This document shows positions 41,095 to 52,800 of a stretch of 64,000 nt of DNA, piece after piece. Source of the DNA: Raillietiella orientalis (taxonomy: Eukaryota). Where the stretch lies: positions 1,178,001 to 1,242,000 of the forward strand of contig JAYWIR010000037.1 in NCBI GenBank assembly GCA_036172245.1. Direction: 5' to 3'. The notes below the pieces were generated by a model. It made no database searches and was not told the DNA's origin. It saw only the letters and a program-made list of their open reading frames with translations. The first letter of the stretch is position 1; every line of letters starts with the position of its first letter. The position numbers and the translations under genes are program-made.

Positions 41095-41520
41095 ACACCA
41101 GGAGGGTTTAGTCTGGATAGATCGCAGTGCGGTGGTTGCTCTACCAAGTGCGACATCCCATTCGGATTGTACCGGAACGCACGTGTCGTCTGCAAACTAT
41201 CTACACCCTCACGTTTGGAGAGCGGGATGCTGGATACGATCCCGGTGACGAAAGCGCACACGTCGGCGGGCTGAGTCGTTCCGCGAGGACTCTGTGCGCA
41301 GACTGAAGGCGCGAAGTCTTTCTCTCGTCTGGGCTTGGCAGCGTCGACGGGATCCATCCCTGGAGAGCGAAAGAAAGAACCCAGCACGCTTCTAACGTGT
41401 CAGTCTGCCGGAGGTGCGACGGCACTGTCGTTCTCGACTGGGATAGATTTTCAGCCACCATCCGCCGGTCCATGTCATGGACCGGCGGATGGTGGCTGAC
41501 CGCTCGACCAACAGCGATCA
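41095..41520 (-). pseudogene. Diverged copy of the extreme 3' end of 28S rRNA, followed by an A-rich tail (about 41033-41083)
   Basis: Plus strand GAGGGTTTAGTCTGGATAGATCGCAGTGCGGTGGTTGCTCTACCAAGTGCGACATCCC...GTCGTCTGCAAAC matches the reverse complement of the conserved 28S 3' terminus (..ATAGATCGCAG....GCTGCTCT..GTACGA.ACCCC..GTCGTCTAC). Confidence 0.8.
41451..41499. repeat. Perfect 23-bp inverted repeat with 3-nt spacer
   Basis: TCAGCCACCATCCGCCGGTCCAT-GTC-ATGGACCGGCGGATGGTGGCTGA. Confidence 0.95.
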
Positions 41521-41749
41521 GCCATTGCTATAAAACTGCCCTGACCGATATCAAATTTCTCATTTAACGACATTTCCTGGCACGTTTAGTCTTTCATGTG
41601 TATCATAACCCAGTTTCATTTTTGTGTCATAACCGAAGTGCTCAAGATCCCAATCAGAGCGCTCAAGATCCCAACCAAAATCTGGCACCTGCATTCTTAG
41701 AATATACAGGCAATAATGAGACGTGTGCAAATGGCTAATTTATCCTTAA

Positions 41750-42450
41750 AATTTGCTGTGGTTTCCCATTATAAAGTCAGTGTCAATTATAAAGGTGAGG
41801 AGTGACCTGCTGCTCAGCAAAAAGGAAGAAACTCTTTGGCAGTGGTCAATGAGAGAGCTGACGGACGCTGAGACCCCGAGTGTTCCACCTAAAGCACTGC
41901 TACATGAGACCCATCTTTCGAAGATTCCTCCAGAAGATTTGATGCTGCCTGCTACACCTGCGAACAGCTCCATTCTCCCTTTTAAGTCGTCAAAAGTCGG
42001 CGCTGCTGGTCATGCATTGGAGCTTTTCCCATGTGAAGCAAGCCTTCATCACTGGACCCAAGGGCGTGTGAACCCGAACTGTGCCAGGTGTGGGGAAGGA
42101 GAAACTCTTCTGCACCTGCTTGTGGACTGTGTTGCCCTTCGGCATCTTTGGGACCGTTTTTCGACCAGTTCCCTAACAACAACCTGAGAGATGTTGTCAG
42201 GCACTCTTCAATCACAAGCCACCATACTCGTGATTAGCAACTTTTTGCTTACTGAGCAGGGTAGTGGGGGTGTGCAACGCCAGCAGAAGTTTCTCTCATT
42301 GGACGGAGGTGCCATCCAATAAGAGAAAAACTTATAAGGATTGCCGCGATATGTCCCCATCTGAAAAGCACTAAAAACAAACTTGGCAGCATCATCCAGA
42401 GGATGAACGTAAAGCAACCACTGTGATCCCATCCAGAACACTCCAAATAA
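41750..42450 (+). mobile_element. LINE 3' fragment with zf-RVT domain
   Basis: ORF 41753-42187 has CARCGEGETLLHLLVDCVALRHLW, a canonical CxxC...ETxxHL..C...W finger. Confidence 0.75.
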
Positions 42451-42589
42451 ACACTTTTTAAACTTTTTTTTTCCGTTTTATTTTTCCCCATCCTATGTGC
42501 CTCACATCGATGGAATCGAATTGCTGCATGAGACAGGGCCAAGGGTCCCACAAAAACTTCAAGTTTATTTTTAAAACAAATGTTCTCAC

Positions 42590-43410
42590 GTGCCCGGGTA
42601 AGAGACCTGTCCGTTCGACGCTGGAGGTTTGGGGGTACCATCGCTCTCGACCGGAACGGATTCTGCCCCGGAGGCGTTCAGGCACAATCCAGAGGATGGT
42701 GGCTCGCTGTTCGACTAAGAACGAGCGCCAGATGTCCGGATCTGCGATTCATCTCGTACACCAAACAGGAATTTCCATCTCAATAACCGCTCATCATCAG
42801 GTTGAGGCGAATCCGCCTCGCGACAGTCCAAACCCAGCTCACATTCCCCGCTGGAGGGTGAAGGATCCAACGCTTGGAGGATTCCGCTTCACGATGTTGG
42901 GAAGAGCCGACGTCGAATGATCAAAAAGCGGCATCGCTATGAACTATGGACCTCCACAAGCGTTCCCCGTGGTATATTTCCTGGCATCTCTTGCTCAGAA
43001 CTCCTGATCTGCGTGCACGGTCAAAGGGATCGCAAAGCCTAGCTTTCGCACTCGTACTGAAAATGTGGATCAGGCTGGTCAGGCTGGTCTTTTGCCCTTC
43101 AGCTACGCGCACGGGGTTTCTGTCATCTCTGAACCGACCGCCTTAGGGCACCCGTGTTAGCTTGTGAGGGGTGTTCCTCGCCAGTCAAACTTCCCGACTG
43201 ACACTGTCCTCTGAGCGGATCGCACTTCGCCCACACCTAGAGGCGGTGGCGCATGTTCGCACACCGAGAAAAGCGCGCCGCAATCCAGACGATCGAACAA
43301 GTTGGGTGCCCCCAAGCATGAGCTCTCTTAGAGATCAGCAGCACGGCCCGCTCTCAGCCTCGTCGAGTCAGCAAAGAAATGATGAAACCTCTGTTTCGTC
43401 TTTCAGCGAG
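42590..43410 (-). pseudogene. Diverged 28S rRNA fragment covering domain V (peptidyl-transferase region) through the sarcin-ricin loop
   Basis: Collinear reverse-complement matches to conserved LSU blocks: GAGGCGTTCAG (about 42671), TCTCGTAC (42752), AACCCAGCTCAC (42831), ATCCAACGCTTGG, GGAAGAGCCGAC.TCGAA.GATCAAAAAGC (42900), CGTACTGAAAAT, TTTTGCCCTTC, CCTTAGG.CACC, CCAGTCAAACT (43181). Indels in invariant blocks indicate a non-functional copy. Confidence 0.92.
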
Positions 43411-43559
43411 CTGTAATAGAGGAGACGAGGAAACTGTCGGGTGGCGGCTGGGCCGATAAACACGCCGGTACCGAGAACCGAAGCGACCACCCGGAAAGAC
43501 AACCACTCCGGGAAGATCCTTACGGAGTTCTCCTAGGGGCTTCCCGAAACTAGTGATGT

Positions 43560-46550
43560 ATATAAGCATAACCAAACTTCACGTAAGTGGACAGGACTCC
43601 TTGCTGCTGTAAGGGAGTGTCCAGGCGCCCTTCAGTACGACTGTCACCCACTGACGGCGGGGTGTTTCCTCTCCAAACAAAGGGAGGCATCCTACCAGAC
43701 TTCCGAGTTCATAAAGGGTCAGTGAACCACCGACTCGCATATCGGCCACACAAAAGTACAGGGCAAGCAGGATTGAAGGGGAAGGAACAATAAAGAAACC
43801 CACAAATAAGAGAGATGAAGGCACAGAGGTCAAAGGTCTTCAGTAACGTCTTCAGTAAGCTGCGGGCGATGCAGGCGGAGTCCTCCATGACTCCTACATC
43901 CTTCAAAGGACATTTTGCAGCGTGTCTCATGATTGAACGATTGCATGTGGTTCCTCTTCTTTGTGGGTGCGCCTCCTTCTTTGTGCGTGTATTGTGAAGC
44001 CATGAACTCCCTCGTTCAGAGCGGGATCGACGACCAGGGAAGCAGACGGAAGGTCTGTCTCCCATTAGTGGTGCAGCACCAGCTCCATTGATGTCCTTTT
44101 GGGCGAAGCGGGCGCACAGGAGCAAGGCGTTGCGAAGCTCACGGAAGCGTCCTGCAACCCTGCAACCTGCTTGCAAACAGAAGACACACGCGCGATCGTT
44201 TCCGCTTCCCTGCACCTTGAGACGTGTGACGATGTCTGCACTGTCTGCACAAGGAGTAAAGCCCGCGCGACGCGAACCTGAGGAGGAGCCGTTCCATCAA
44301 AACAAGTGATGCAGATTTGCGAGACTCAAATGTTCAAATGTTTCTCCCATCGAAGCAGTCCTTCCGCGCGGAGAACTGATTACCAAGAAACAAGGAAGTA
44401 TCAAAAGAATCCAAGAGAGGCAAGCAGAGGTGACAAGGGAAAACATCACTGGTAGCAACATCCAACGTTCCCGGAACTGGAGCTACAAGGCGTGTTCCCG
44501 AATGCTAACAACTTTCAAACAGGAAAGCGATGAAAAAGCGATCTCCCACATTGCTGGCTGGCGACTGTCAACCCTTCTTTCTCCTGTAGGGAGGTCAGCA
44601 ATGTGGCTCGGGGGACAGCATCGGCTTTTTTCCACTTCTTTTGGTCCCTTCCCACTTCCTCCAGCGAGCCAGTTCCCAGGTAACGGATGGAACGTGTCGA
44701 GTCTGCTTCAATGAGAGTTAAGCGGTCCAGGTGCACACTGTCGCTGATCCGTTGTACTTTGCAGGTCGGCAGTAGATCTACTGATGCAATTCCCACATGG
44801 CAGCGATCTGACTCAGTGGGAACGCGAGCTCCTTCATGTGGTCTCGGCAGCGAGGTGGCAGCGACGCCATTCCATCGCACAACATGCCGTGCTCAGGCAC
44901 CGGAGCTACAACCGCATCTCGACCATCAAGGTCATCGTTATTCTGAAGTAAAGCCATGACACCATCTTATTCACAGCGAGGAGTTCTGAGTCTGGGGTAA
45001 CGAGAACTTTGAGGCGAACGACCACTATTGCGGTGCTTTCTGCACGAGAGCGTCTTCATCATGGCCTACCTCGAATGGCGGGAACGAAGTCAGAGAAATG
45101 GGCCAGAGGGCCAGAGAAAGTTCGAAATAAAGGATTCCAGCATGAAAAAACTGCCATCCTTCAACGATGCTAGTTCCATTTCTGCCGATGGAGGCAACCG
45201 GACCGAGTATCCGCGCTAAAGAAGTCGCCTGAGTATCTTGCCAAGGGATTTTACCGGGCTGCCCACGGGGCTCCCCAATCCAATCCAATCCAGCTACTCT
45301 GTGCACGTTGCACTGAGAGGAGCACCTTCCACTTCGTCCTATTGACGCTCGCAACCGCCTTCCGGGAAAGAATTCCTTCGGAGCGCTGCTGCGGTGGACG
45401 TGGACAGCGAGAGGAGGAGGCCACCGGCACACGCCGCCACGGCTGGCAGTGCAGAGGTGGGAAGTTGGCAGAGTCTCTCGAGATTTCCCGCCAATTCGAA
45501 GAAGATGCTGAACATGATGGAACTCGAGCTATGCGCTTGATCCCCCCCGCACTGGCAAGCCGCGCAAGTAGCCAGCCAGCGACCACTGAAGGAAACGTTC
45601 ATCAGCGCATCGCTAGCTCAGGTGCAGCGCCAAGGTTTGAGGCTTCTAATCTTCCCGGAAGCTTCAGAAGGAGTCCCTCGTTCTTGCCATGGAACGCCCA
45701 CTGGGCGGTGGCTGCGACCGCCGGGGTTTACAGCGTTCGAGGCACTCCAGTAGGCAGCTGCTGCTCCGTGAAGTCACGCTAACCGTCTTTCTCACCTCTT
45801 CTGGAGCAAGCGAAGCATCTCCTCCGATGACTTCCCACCCCTCTCCGAATTCCTGGGAAGGCAGGAGGTACGAGAGACACCGAGCGTAAACCTGCCGGAG
45901 CGATTGCTTAAAGTGGACCCGTCCCTATTCGAGGACTTTGGTAGGTGCAAAGCCACCGAGGAAAAAGAAAGACAGGGAATTGTCTCTCTGCTCCCGTCCG
46001 GGTGGCAGGGTCAATCCCGAGGCAGCCTCCGCTCATTCGTCGGGGTCCCATCCCGGGCGGAAGTAGATCCAGCTCTATCCTGGAGTGGTCAGACAGGGTC
46101 GATCTCGCTCTGCCTTTCCGGCCCGCCCGTGAATCCAAGTGGTCATCGACGAAGGCGCGGTCGACCGAGTCCCAAGTGCCGGGCAGTGGATCTCGTGCAC
46201 CGGCACGCGTAACTCGCGGTTGCCAGCAACGGCCTTTCCCCCAGCATAGCAGTTGATGGCAGGAGCACCTGCCATCGGATGCCCTACGTTGGGACCTCCG
46301 AGCACACCGAGAAGACAACTTTTTCCATGCGCACGTTGTGGTCCCATAGCGCGTAGGCGTTCCGCCATACATAATCGACCTCTGGTCGGGCCACTTGAGG
46401 GCAACATGTCAGGCATTTTCTCAACAGACGGGCCCCATGCGTCGCCTCTGTGGAAACCACGTGCTCGGAAAGCATGCTCGAGGAACCACGCCTCCCAGTG
46501 CGGCTTACTCTTCTCACGCCTCCTTTTTTCCAAAGTCTCGCAAGTTTCCC
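43560..46550 (-). mobile_element. Decayed L1/Tx1-like ORF2 (copy G): endonuclease, RT and CCHC remnants plus 3' UTR
   Basis: In order on the minus strand: AINCYA (cf. INVYAP), SVDRAFV...LSDHSRIELDL (APE SDH motif, about 46090), GGLLLSL (about 45420), SIRYLG (about 44685), RCREAETIARV..C (about 44200). Confidence 0.7.
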
Positions 46551-47699
46551 GAAGACCGCAGACTTTCAGTCACTAGATGACATTACCGGATAATGGGAGA
46601 TTCCAGAAAGCTCCCACCGTCCGGTAGCATCATCATCCGCGAGATTTCCGAAAAGGGGAAGTGAGCAGGGTAAGCCACACTGAGGTCCACCTGGTCCAGA
46701 CAACAACTAGCAGACGATGCACGCGAGATGTCCCTTTTTGTGGCTGGGAACTTCCCGAAGGAGCTCCCGCCTCGCTCACTACCAGACGGCTCTCCGGTAG
46801 CGCCGACGCTTCCGGGATGTTACAGTGGCTGCGTCCCCAGAAGCTGCTCGTGTGCGCGTCTCCACCTCACAAGGAGAAACAGCTTCGCATGCGAAAGGAA
46901 CGCTCTCTACAGGAACCTGCGCTTTCGGCGGTATCTTTACCCAGAGGAGGTTTCGTACCGCCTTCGGAATCTGGCCCCGAGGCTCTTCGTACCCTGGGTT
47001 CTTTCGGCGGGATTTTACAGCTCCTGCCCGGAGTCGGAAGTTTTCCGACAGGATTCATAAGATCCCTTTTTTTTCTCCGCCAAATTCCCCGCTGTTGCCA
47101 TATCGTGGCTGAGCTTGGAGAAGGCAGGAGCCTCGTCTCCGCGTTCTGCAGTGATGACCGCACCTCAGATCGCCGAATCGGTAGTCGCGTTAACGTTCGC
47201 GACTTGACCGATCGCTATAGCGCACCCCAGCGTCACCTGGCACGATCTTATCCTCTCCTTCCTCTGTTCTTCGCCGTAGTGGTGCTCGGACTTCCTTTCT
47301 TCTTTCACTTATTAGCAACCGAGCTCCATTGAGCGTCCTCGGAGGAAACCATGTTTTCCCCTGCGGCGTAGTAAGCGGCATTCGCCTAGTTTGCGAGTTA
47401 ATGCAGGTCCTGGCCGGTATTCGACTTTTCGGTCCTCCTTTTCAGAGCGCGTCCTTTTTTTTTCTGTATCCGCTGAGGGAAGAGCTAGGCTAATGTTTCA
47501 TGTGCGCACAGTGGTTGATTGCGTGTTCCAGCTGCTCACAGTGCTAACATTTAGTTTCAAGACTCCTTCTCTTCAGGTATTTCGTCTTGTTGCAATTACT
47601 GCATACTTTCGGTTATCCTGGAAACCATAAGTGGACACATTCTGCGCCCACATACAGTCTAGAGGAAAGCTGTTTATCTTCGTGTAGGGCTACGCACGC

Positions 47700-50600
47700 T
47701 GTAACGAAACCAACGGACAGTCCCTCTAGTCCCTGGAACAGGCTTGAACCATAACAAGGGCCATGTCGCACACTCGGCTAATTCATGTCAGAGGGACCAC
47801 CATAGCTGGTCCTCCTTGACTGGAAAAAGTCTTCTGTCACCGATGCTGGTTAAGTATTGTGGAGTATTTGAGCAAGTCCTGCATCCTTGCAGATGGGCTC
47901 AACTACTCGCCCATGCACTCTACATCGTGTGGCTTTCCGGTTTTCTCCTTTTCGCGCTTAAGTTGCAAAGTCCTTCTACGAGAAAGCGCGCAACCGAAGC
48001 AAGCTCCAAGATGGCCTACCTTATGTCGTAGGGTTTGTAGGTGCCCTTGAAACACGTAGGCACTGGTTTCTGCCTGAGCAGCAGGCGTCACCGTTGCCAT
48101 CAATTGGCTCCAAGTCCTCCCGTTTTCCGAATGAGATTCTTCGGAAGCTGCTACCCATCTCCATGGGAAGGGGTGATGAAGTTTCGATTGCGGCCTCCTC
48201 CTCCGTTAGTGGTGATTGTTGGAATTTCCACCTTTGCGACACCGCAATCCCTGGTGCCATGAAAACAGGAAAAACTGACCAGAGTGTACTTCCTTCAAGC
48301 AGGGTGGGAAAAACGTTCGCACGTCCGTTTGGAGAGAGCCAACAGGGAGGAGTCGAAGGTCGTTCCTGTCAGTGCAGCAGCATGAATAGGGCAGCTAGGA
48401 GGTGTCCTGCCTCATTGCAGCACGAAAGAGATATCTAGGTTCGTGGACGACTCGGCGACTGACGGACGTTGCGACTCCTAGCGACCCCTAGTGTGCCACC
48501 CAAAGGACTTCGCCAGGACGAGCTGCTGGGGATTCCTCGGGAATTCCAGATGTGGCCTCCACTGTTTCAAGACAACCGCGACCTCTCTCTCGAGTGGCAA
48601 AAATTGGCGCTGCTATTGCTGCATTGGAGGATTCCATGCAAAGCTCTCCACTGCCACTGGACTCTGGGAAGTGTTAGTTCAGAGTGCAGCAGGTAAATCC
48701 CCAGGACACCCTCCCTCACCTGCTCCTTGACTATGAGGCTCTCCGGCCCCTGCGGCAGCATTTTGCAACTGTCTCCAGATCCCCCGGAGCAATTCCAGAG
48801 ACGTTGTCAAGCGCCTCTCCGTGCGTGAACTGCCACGAGCCGCGTACAACTGCCACAACCGCCACGGCAACTGTATGCTGCAAACGAGGGGTAGTGGCGG
48901 CATGGGACGCCACGAAAAGAGGCCACCACAACAAAGGTGCCATTCATTGGTCTATTTTTGAAGATCGCCAGTGGAGGACCCCATCTAAGAAATGACATAC
49001 GTCAGCTTGCATCCTCCATTCTCCAGAATCCAGAAGATGAACGGAACGTCGCAGGATACACAGTGATCCCTTCCTAATGCCCCTTCCTCCCCACTAAACA
49101 AGTTTACAACTTTTTTATTTATTTTTGCTTTGTTTTTCCTCATCCCTCGTGTCCCCGCATCAGACCCCAAGAAGCAAGCTGGAAGAAACTTCATTTTTGT
49201 ACGCGGTAGAACCAAGTCTCCTACCAAAATATGAGTTTATTATTTTCGTAATAAATCCCCCAGCAAATCCGGGTGGGGAAAATCCCCTTTTTCTCTGTGT
49301 GCGCTTCTCTCTCGACAAGCTGCTTGCTAGTAGTGCAACCTCCAGGATTTCGAGGAATGTTGAATTCCCATGGTCGCTGGAAGCTGCAGCTATGGGCTGT
49401 AGAACAGATTGACGTCCATGCACCTCCTGGGAACAGCGTACGCCTGCTCGGGGCCAATGATGGATTCCTCTGCCCGTGCCAACCTCTCAGCCCATAGCTG
49501 GACTAGCAGCCTAGCATACGGGTTTACCGCGGTAATCGGACGCCATTTGCCAATGTTGCGGAGGTCTTCCTTGTGAAGAGCTGAAACAAAACGAGCACTT
49601 CGTCCGCTTAGAGAATCAGCGTAGCTGACAGATGTATCAAGGAAGTGAGCTCTGCCCGCAGAGCCCTGATAGAACTCCACAAGCAGCGTCCCCCTCAGCT
49701 TTCCGATGGCTCTGGTGACTTCGCCGATCGTGAAAGGTGCACTGAAGCTTCGCCATCACTTTTTCCTTTGCGCTGAAACGCTCTAGGGCAACAGGCGTTT
49801 CGAGAAATTGCTCTCCAGAGGTGCCCTCGCATAAGGGAAAGAGCAAATAGCCCAAATGATGCTCCTTACCTAGGGTGGTCCCCATTACGAGCTCTAGTGT
49901 AGGGTTTCAGGAAACAGAAATTTCGTAGGGAAAAATTTACGTTGCGAGCTCAGAGCAGTTACAGAGCATGTGACACTTCAATTACGCTCGTTGCACCCTC
50001 CCTCCTGCCACTTCAAAGAAAGGGAGTCCTCTGGAAGCTGAAGCTCCTCGTGTGGGATTCCTAGATGCTCTGCGCGGTGAAGCAATCCTCTTGCTGTGTC
50101 AGTTGAAATTGCAGCATCCCTCAGTGGATAAATGGGCCATCCCCAAGAGGTTTCACTATTCCTGCAATGCTGCAGGTAATGTGCCATCTTGCCGGTGCTC
50201 CGCTGCCCAAGGTTTTCCTCAAGGAGAAGAACTCTGAGGAAGGAGGGGGTTCTATATTTGTTAACTTGTTTTTCATTTGTTTGCTTCCTCCTCTCTGTAG
50301 CCGAGGCGGACCTCGCCAGTCGGTGTACTGGCACCTCGATATGATCCAAGTGCTTTTGGCCGTGGAATGGTTTGGTATCCTACCACTGCTTGTTGCATGT
50401 TTATTCTAAACAAAAACCTACCGGAGCAACCGGGTGACAACACACACAGGAGCAACTTCGCATAGTAACGGAAAAGTTTTTCACTCGGTAACGTGAAAGC
50501 ATTCATTTGAAGAATGAACTTTCAAGTTGGGAACCCTGTTCCCAGATGACAATAAAAAGTTCACCTTCACGGAGGCTGCATTCTAAAAAAGTCCGGAATG

Positions 50601-52102
50601 AAAATAAAAACGGAAGGTAGAGAGGGTAGGGACTTTGAGAGGAAGGGTCTTTGGCATGAGATGCGCCATTATTCCTAGAACTGCTGCTGAATGATGGCGA
50701 TTTCCCTGGAGACTTCTTGCTCCAGGTGACGCCGTCTCTCATTCGGCTGGCTTCATCCGGGTGAAGCCAGACTAATGAAAACGGTTGCCATGCGAGTCAC
50801 CACCCATCGCTGCACCGGCAATTCGAACACATGGTGGTCTGTGATGACGACGCGGATACAAGGTCACGTTGCAATCACGCCTCCTGACGAAAGTCTGCCG
50901 CACGCGTAGAATCTTCGCAGATAGTCCATGGAGGTGTCCCCAAGGTTCAGGAATGCTCAAGGCAGACTCCTCCACAGTGCAGCCATGGGGGGGAGGAATG
51001 ACTCAATCGACCCGCACCTTAAACAGTTTTAGAGACGTATTTCCCCCGGAAACCAGGTGCCTGCACCGGGTACTCTAGTGAAGAATTATCGGTAGATCCT
51101 GTTTCCAACGCAATGGGAACACCGAGGTGTTGGTACACGGATTGACCTCGACTTCTTCGGGTGGCACACTAAACAGCTCGCTCTACCGAAGCAGTCTTCC
51201 CGGGGACGAGGAATAGAGGCATTCACTAACTCCCTCGTAGAGGAACGAAACAGTCGCCATGACCCACGTCGGAGGCTTTGTGGTTGAGGCTTCCGAGCGT
51301 GGCACCATGCGTCGCGGGATCGAATACTCCGGCAGAAACTGACGCAACTGCGTCGTTGGGTTCCGAGTTTCTCCTGCAATGGCGCTGGTTGGCCGAGACA
51401 TTCGGGCGTGGCACCGATGGTCCTTTAAGCCGGAGGCCCCTGATGAAGGCCGGAACAATGGGAGTTGACCTTCAGGTCCTTCCAGGAATCCAAGGAGTGG
51501 GGAGTTCCCCCTCCGGTCTTGTACAACGGAGAGCAAACCCCCACACCGGGGAACCCCTCCGGTTTCAACATGGAGCAAGGAGCCCTCACGGGCACCTCTC
51601 CTAGTTGTTCGATGGAGCGGACCCCCCCTGTTGCGGGGGGGGACCCTCCGAGTCGTCGCTTCTTCACAGAGTGCAAGGAAGCAAGCGAGAGTGACTCCCT
51701 GTGGGAAGCTGCAGCGCCCCTTTTGAGATTTGGCAGCGTCCCTTCGGGGTTCTCTTCAGAGGAGTGAACAGGAGCAGTTCCCTTGCAGGTTTCCTCCGAA
51801 GAAATTCCTACTAGCGGAATCCTTTCCGGATTCCATTCGGGGAAGTTGAAATGGAGAGGACAGCCCCTCCCCATTGCGGGGGGTGTCCCTCCGGAGAGAA
51901 TAAGGAAGGAGATTCCTCTTTGGAGAAAACCAGTGTGGAGATGATCCCCATTTCCGGGGATCTCTCCCCAGGCGTGAGAGGAACGGACTCCTTCCTGGAC
52001 GAAGGCGTGAGAGGACGGAGTCCTTCCTGGATTCATAGGGAGGACCCCTCCCGGGGTACCCCCTATCTTGAAGACTACCCACCCTCGGGTGGCGTGGAAC
52101 CG
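47700..52102 (-). mobile_element. Decayed L1/Tx1-like element (copy C) with complete structured 5' leader (about 51440-52102)
   Basis: LQEK (cf. LQET, about 51375), ELVNASIP (cf. LVNVYAP), ITDH (about 50840), RT segment VEFYQ...EDLRNIGKWRPITAVN.YARLL..LWAERL..IIGPEQAYAVPRR...NLF (49390-49680), AETSAYVF (zf remnant, about 48060). Confidence 0.8.
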
Positions 52103-52140
52103 TGTCGAAGAACTGTGAAGACAAAAAAGAATTTCCATCT

Positions 52141-52800
52141 GTCCGAAGAGACCCTTAGAGGGGTCCGCTCCGATTTTTCTTCTCTGAAGGGAACCCGGAA
52201 GGGATCCGATCGTGTTTTTACTCATCTGAAGAGAACCCAGAAGGTGACGCTTCCGAAATTCAGAAGGACGCAGCTTCCCCGAAGGGATCGGCTCACGTCT
52301 CTGAACTCCCTGGAGAGGTGGTGGCGACACAGCTACTCTATCAGTCCGACGCGGAAGGGTACTCCCCGGAATGGGGGTCTGCTCCTTCACAACCGGAGGG
52401 GAGCTCCCACTCCGTGATTCCTGGAAGTACCCGGAGGTCGACTCCCATTTGTCATGGCCCTTATCAGGTGGCATCCGATTTCAACCGCTAGCAGTGCCGC
52501 ACCCGGATGAATATCGACCAACCAGCGTCATCTTGTGGGGTGAACTCGGGACCCACGACGCACTGCGTCTATTCCTTCGCAGTATTCGAACCCACGACGC
52601 ATGATGCCACGCGCGGAGACCACCGTAACCACACGGCCTCCGACGCGGGCTGTCGCTTCTGAAACATCCTCTCATCTACGTTGCTCGGTTTCGCCAAGGA
52701 AGTCTCCGGTTGCACTTTCCAGTTCGAGATAGGCAGGAGTCCCACTAGCTGGTTGCTCAGTTTGGGAACTTCTGATTTCCGTTCAGCCATGGTCGGCTAG
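52141..52800 (+). mobile_element. Partial leader plus endonuclease start of the same LINE family (copy D), head-to-head with copy C
   Basis: 52500-52660 is a diverged reverse complement of 51240-51420; 52141-52470 carries the same hairpin modules as 51440-51900. Confidence 0.8.

Noticed and set aside
52141..52260. CTGAAGA-stem motifs in the leader modules as hammerhead ribozymes
   Set aside because: The stem is followed by GCT rather than the required GAAA, and no stem I/III or NUH site is evident. I also could not fit an HDV-like fold to the leader 5' end by eye.
51425..52474. Longest ORF in the track (349 aa) as a protein-coding gene or ORF1
   Set aside because: It crosses two oppositely oriented leader copies, has no recognisable domain, and the frame is not kept in other copies; a GC-rich chance ORF.
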